Below, one piece after another: positions 61,641 through 64,000 of a DNA stretch of 64,000 nucleotides (position 1 is the first letter of the stretch; each line of letters opens with the position of its first letter). This DNA comes from Negaprion brevirostris. Lineage: Eukaryota. The DNA lies in the NCBI GenBank assembly GCA_030324005.1, contig JARDVH010000137.1:19158863-19222862 (forward strand). The letters run 5' to 3'. The notes beneath the pieces are model-generated. The model did not search any database, was not told the origin of the DNA, and saw nothing but the letters and a program-made list of their open reading frames with translations. The translations under genes were made by a program, and so were the position numbers.

Positions 61641-64000
61641 TTTCATACGTCCCCTTTACTCGGCGCCCTACATGTAATCTCCTTTCCTCATGATTACACA
61701 TTATCAAATAGTACAGCCATTGAATCCAAAGACCTATTCTCATTAAGTTCGGGTAATTTGAACGATAGTTTATGAATGGGTTTTCACATGGAACCAATGG
61801 AACCACTAAATAGTCATATTTAGATGTTTTGCAATTGGCTTGACGTCTGGACTCCTTCCTAAGAGAAACCCTTCCCCATGAACTCGTTTCCCTCTTTCAT
61901 TATTTGACCCATTGCTATTACCTGCAAGAAAACATGGTAGTCAGGTTATCTTTTGACATCGAAGTGAGATTATTTTTTTCATTTCCCCCGTCGCCGTAAT
62001 TTTGGAATTGGTGTTTGCTGACTGGTTGATCCATTAACTAACTAAACAAATAGCAAGCTCAATATGACTCATTCCAACAAACAGTTGTAGCAATTTGTCC
62101 CATGTACCTGAAAAAATATCAGCCAGATTCTCATTGGTTTGGGCAAGGCATCATGAGTATTGCCCATTACTGCTTCCATCGGGTGTATTAACCGTTATCT
62201 AAAACAACATTTTTGGAATAACATTGGACAGCTGGCGAACAAAGTTCCGACCAACCTTTGAACTTGAGTATGTATGCACGTGAACCTTCACAATGGAAGG
62301 AAGTTTATGAAGTTTCCGATACTCCACAGAAAAATTCATTACAGAAATTGCTATTTAAAACAAAACGTTCTATGTTGGCCATTATCCACGCTCTGAAGAT
62401 TAGCTGAGAACATCGGAGATCCAATCACACCATGTAACATCGATCCAAGACCTTCAGAGAAAATGCTCATAATTGATGTTTTCACTACACAGTAGTAGCC
62501 ATCCGTCATTACATAGTGTTAAAATAGCAACATTGACTGAAATATGGAGTATTTGATGCATTATTATTTTATGGTAGACTGTAAGATGGTCAATATTGTA
62601 AACCTTCTGTTGGTCATTGATGAGTTGAATTCTGTGAAAATCTGATATATTTCATAACGACTAACTCAAAGCACAGATATTTTGTAATATAGTTATTGTA
62701 TATGGATCCAGATATCATATAGCTTCAAATTAACTTAATCCTCACATATGACAAAAGATTAATCCATAGTCACCAGTTGCAACTTGAAGCAATGCAATTC
62801 TTTGCACTAAAGTAGGAGGAATTTCAATGTTGATATCTAAAAGTTTGACATTCTACAAAAGCTATCATCTCATGAAGCACTATGATGTATTTGTCTGAAC
62901 TTCAAGTTGCCTTCCAGGAATGCAACATTCATTTGTTTGTCCTCTGACATCCTTGTACAATGTTACAAATTGGACAAGTGAACAATAGTGCATCAGCCAG
63001 AATAAATAACATGGAATTTAATGGTATTTGGATCCTTAAACATTCCTGAGGAAACGCACACACCCCATGCCAAGGCTGTTGTACCTCAGGGCATTGATAA
63101 TGCAGATGGAAAATTATACCATCTGTTTTATCGTAATGACTGAAACTGGGCAACTGTTTAATATCCACACTGCAAAGCTCTCTTTAATGGTTCAAGTTCC
63201 CCATGTACAGTGGCAATGATTGTATTGTCACTCTAAGATAAGAACACAAATGAAGCATTTAGATGTTCCTTCCATGCAAATGGAAAATATTGCTTAGAAT
63301 GTGATTTACAATGCTAACAAAATGCCATTAGTTGGTGAACAATGTGTTGAATTGATGCTCAAACATGCAGGGTGGAGTAACATGCTGCTCAATTACTTGA
63401 CCCAGCAGGTTTTCTTAGAGAATGAGTTTGGATCCATACAGAAAAAAAAAAATTGTGTTTCATTGTGGGATTATCAGCATCCACTGTAGAAATTGGGGAT
63501 GCTGGTACTTTCCAGTTGGTCTATCTGCGTAATGATGGCAACACTTTGCTCTGCAATTTTGAGCCAGATGTCATTATCTTCACTATTGGCGTTATGATTT
63601 CACCAGTTTGAGGGCATCACTTTGAGAGTGACACATAGATGTGGGAATTCATCTGGGAATTCATAACAAGGAACTTGGAATTCATAATCTTTATGTCAAC
63701 ATGTAGGAATTTACAAGAAATGATGTCCTAAAGTGTAGGAATGAATAAAACGAGGTCAAAAACGTACTTGTGTCAGAAATTTTATACTAATCCCAGAACT
63801 CTTTTAAAATGTGGGCAAATCGTTGGTGCAAAGCTAATCATTGAGATTTAAAGAAAGCTGGCCACTGTCACTTCTCTGGAAAAACATTAACATGTCTTCT
63901 AGTAGAATCATATTGGTACTTTTCTAACCTACTGCTTGATCAGTTCAGAGGTCAATAAATACAGAGAAGGAATCTTCAATTGCAAATCCAAGAAACATTA

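Noticed and set aside
63643-63712. Short repeated ggaattcat units resembling a repeat-spacer array
   Set aside because: Units and spacers are very short and irregular; simple slippage repeats in eukaryotic DNA, not CRISPR.
53000-64000. CBX4/CBX8 coding exons expected from synteny
   Set aside because: No chromodomain motif (such as YLVKW) seen in the ORF track or by eye; the gene, if adjacent, lies beyond the window.

Overview
Eukaryotic, AT-rich, gap-containing vertebrate DNA. The repeat complement (HE1/V-SINE-type SINEs, CR1/HER1-type, L2, RTE and Rex1-type LINEs, Penelope-derived palindromes, Harbinger remnants) points to a cartilaginous fish, probably a shark. The only host coding sequence I can support is the last three coding exons of TBC1D16 (Rab-GAP) on the + strand: 1225-1404, 9456-9602 and 18801-19040. 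These are followed by a probable very long 3' UTR and about 35 kb of intergenic DNA. From about 53 kb onward the sequence becomes CpG-rich and contains CNE-like blocks and a well-spaced orphan GC/CCAAT/TATA/Inr promoter; by human synteny this would be the approach to the CBX4/CBX8/CBX2 cluster (inference). The most notable observations are minimal hammerhead-ribozyme motifs in non-autonomous Penelope-derived elements (one with a U3-A8 core variant), a twin-priming-like 5' inversion in an RTE LINE, an 18S rRNA fragment fused to an L2 remnant, a perfect 25-bp hairpin in the presumptive 3' UTR, and multi-level nested insertions. Repeat boundaries are by eye and approximate; family names come from recalled consensus motifs, not database searches.
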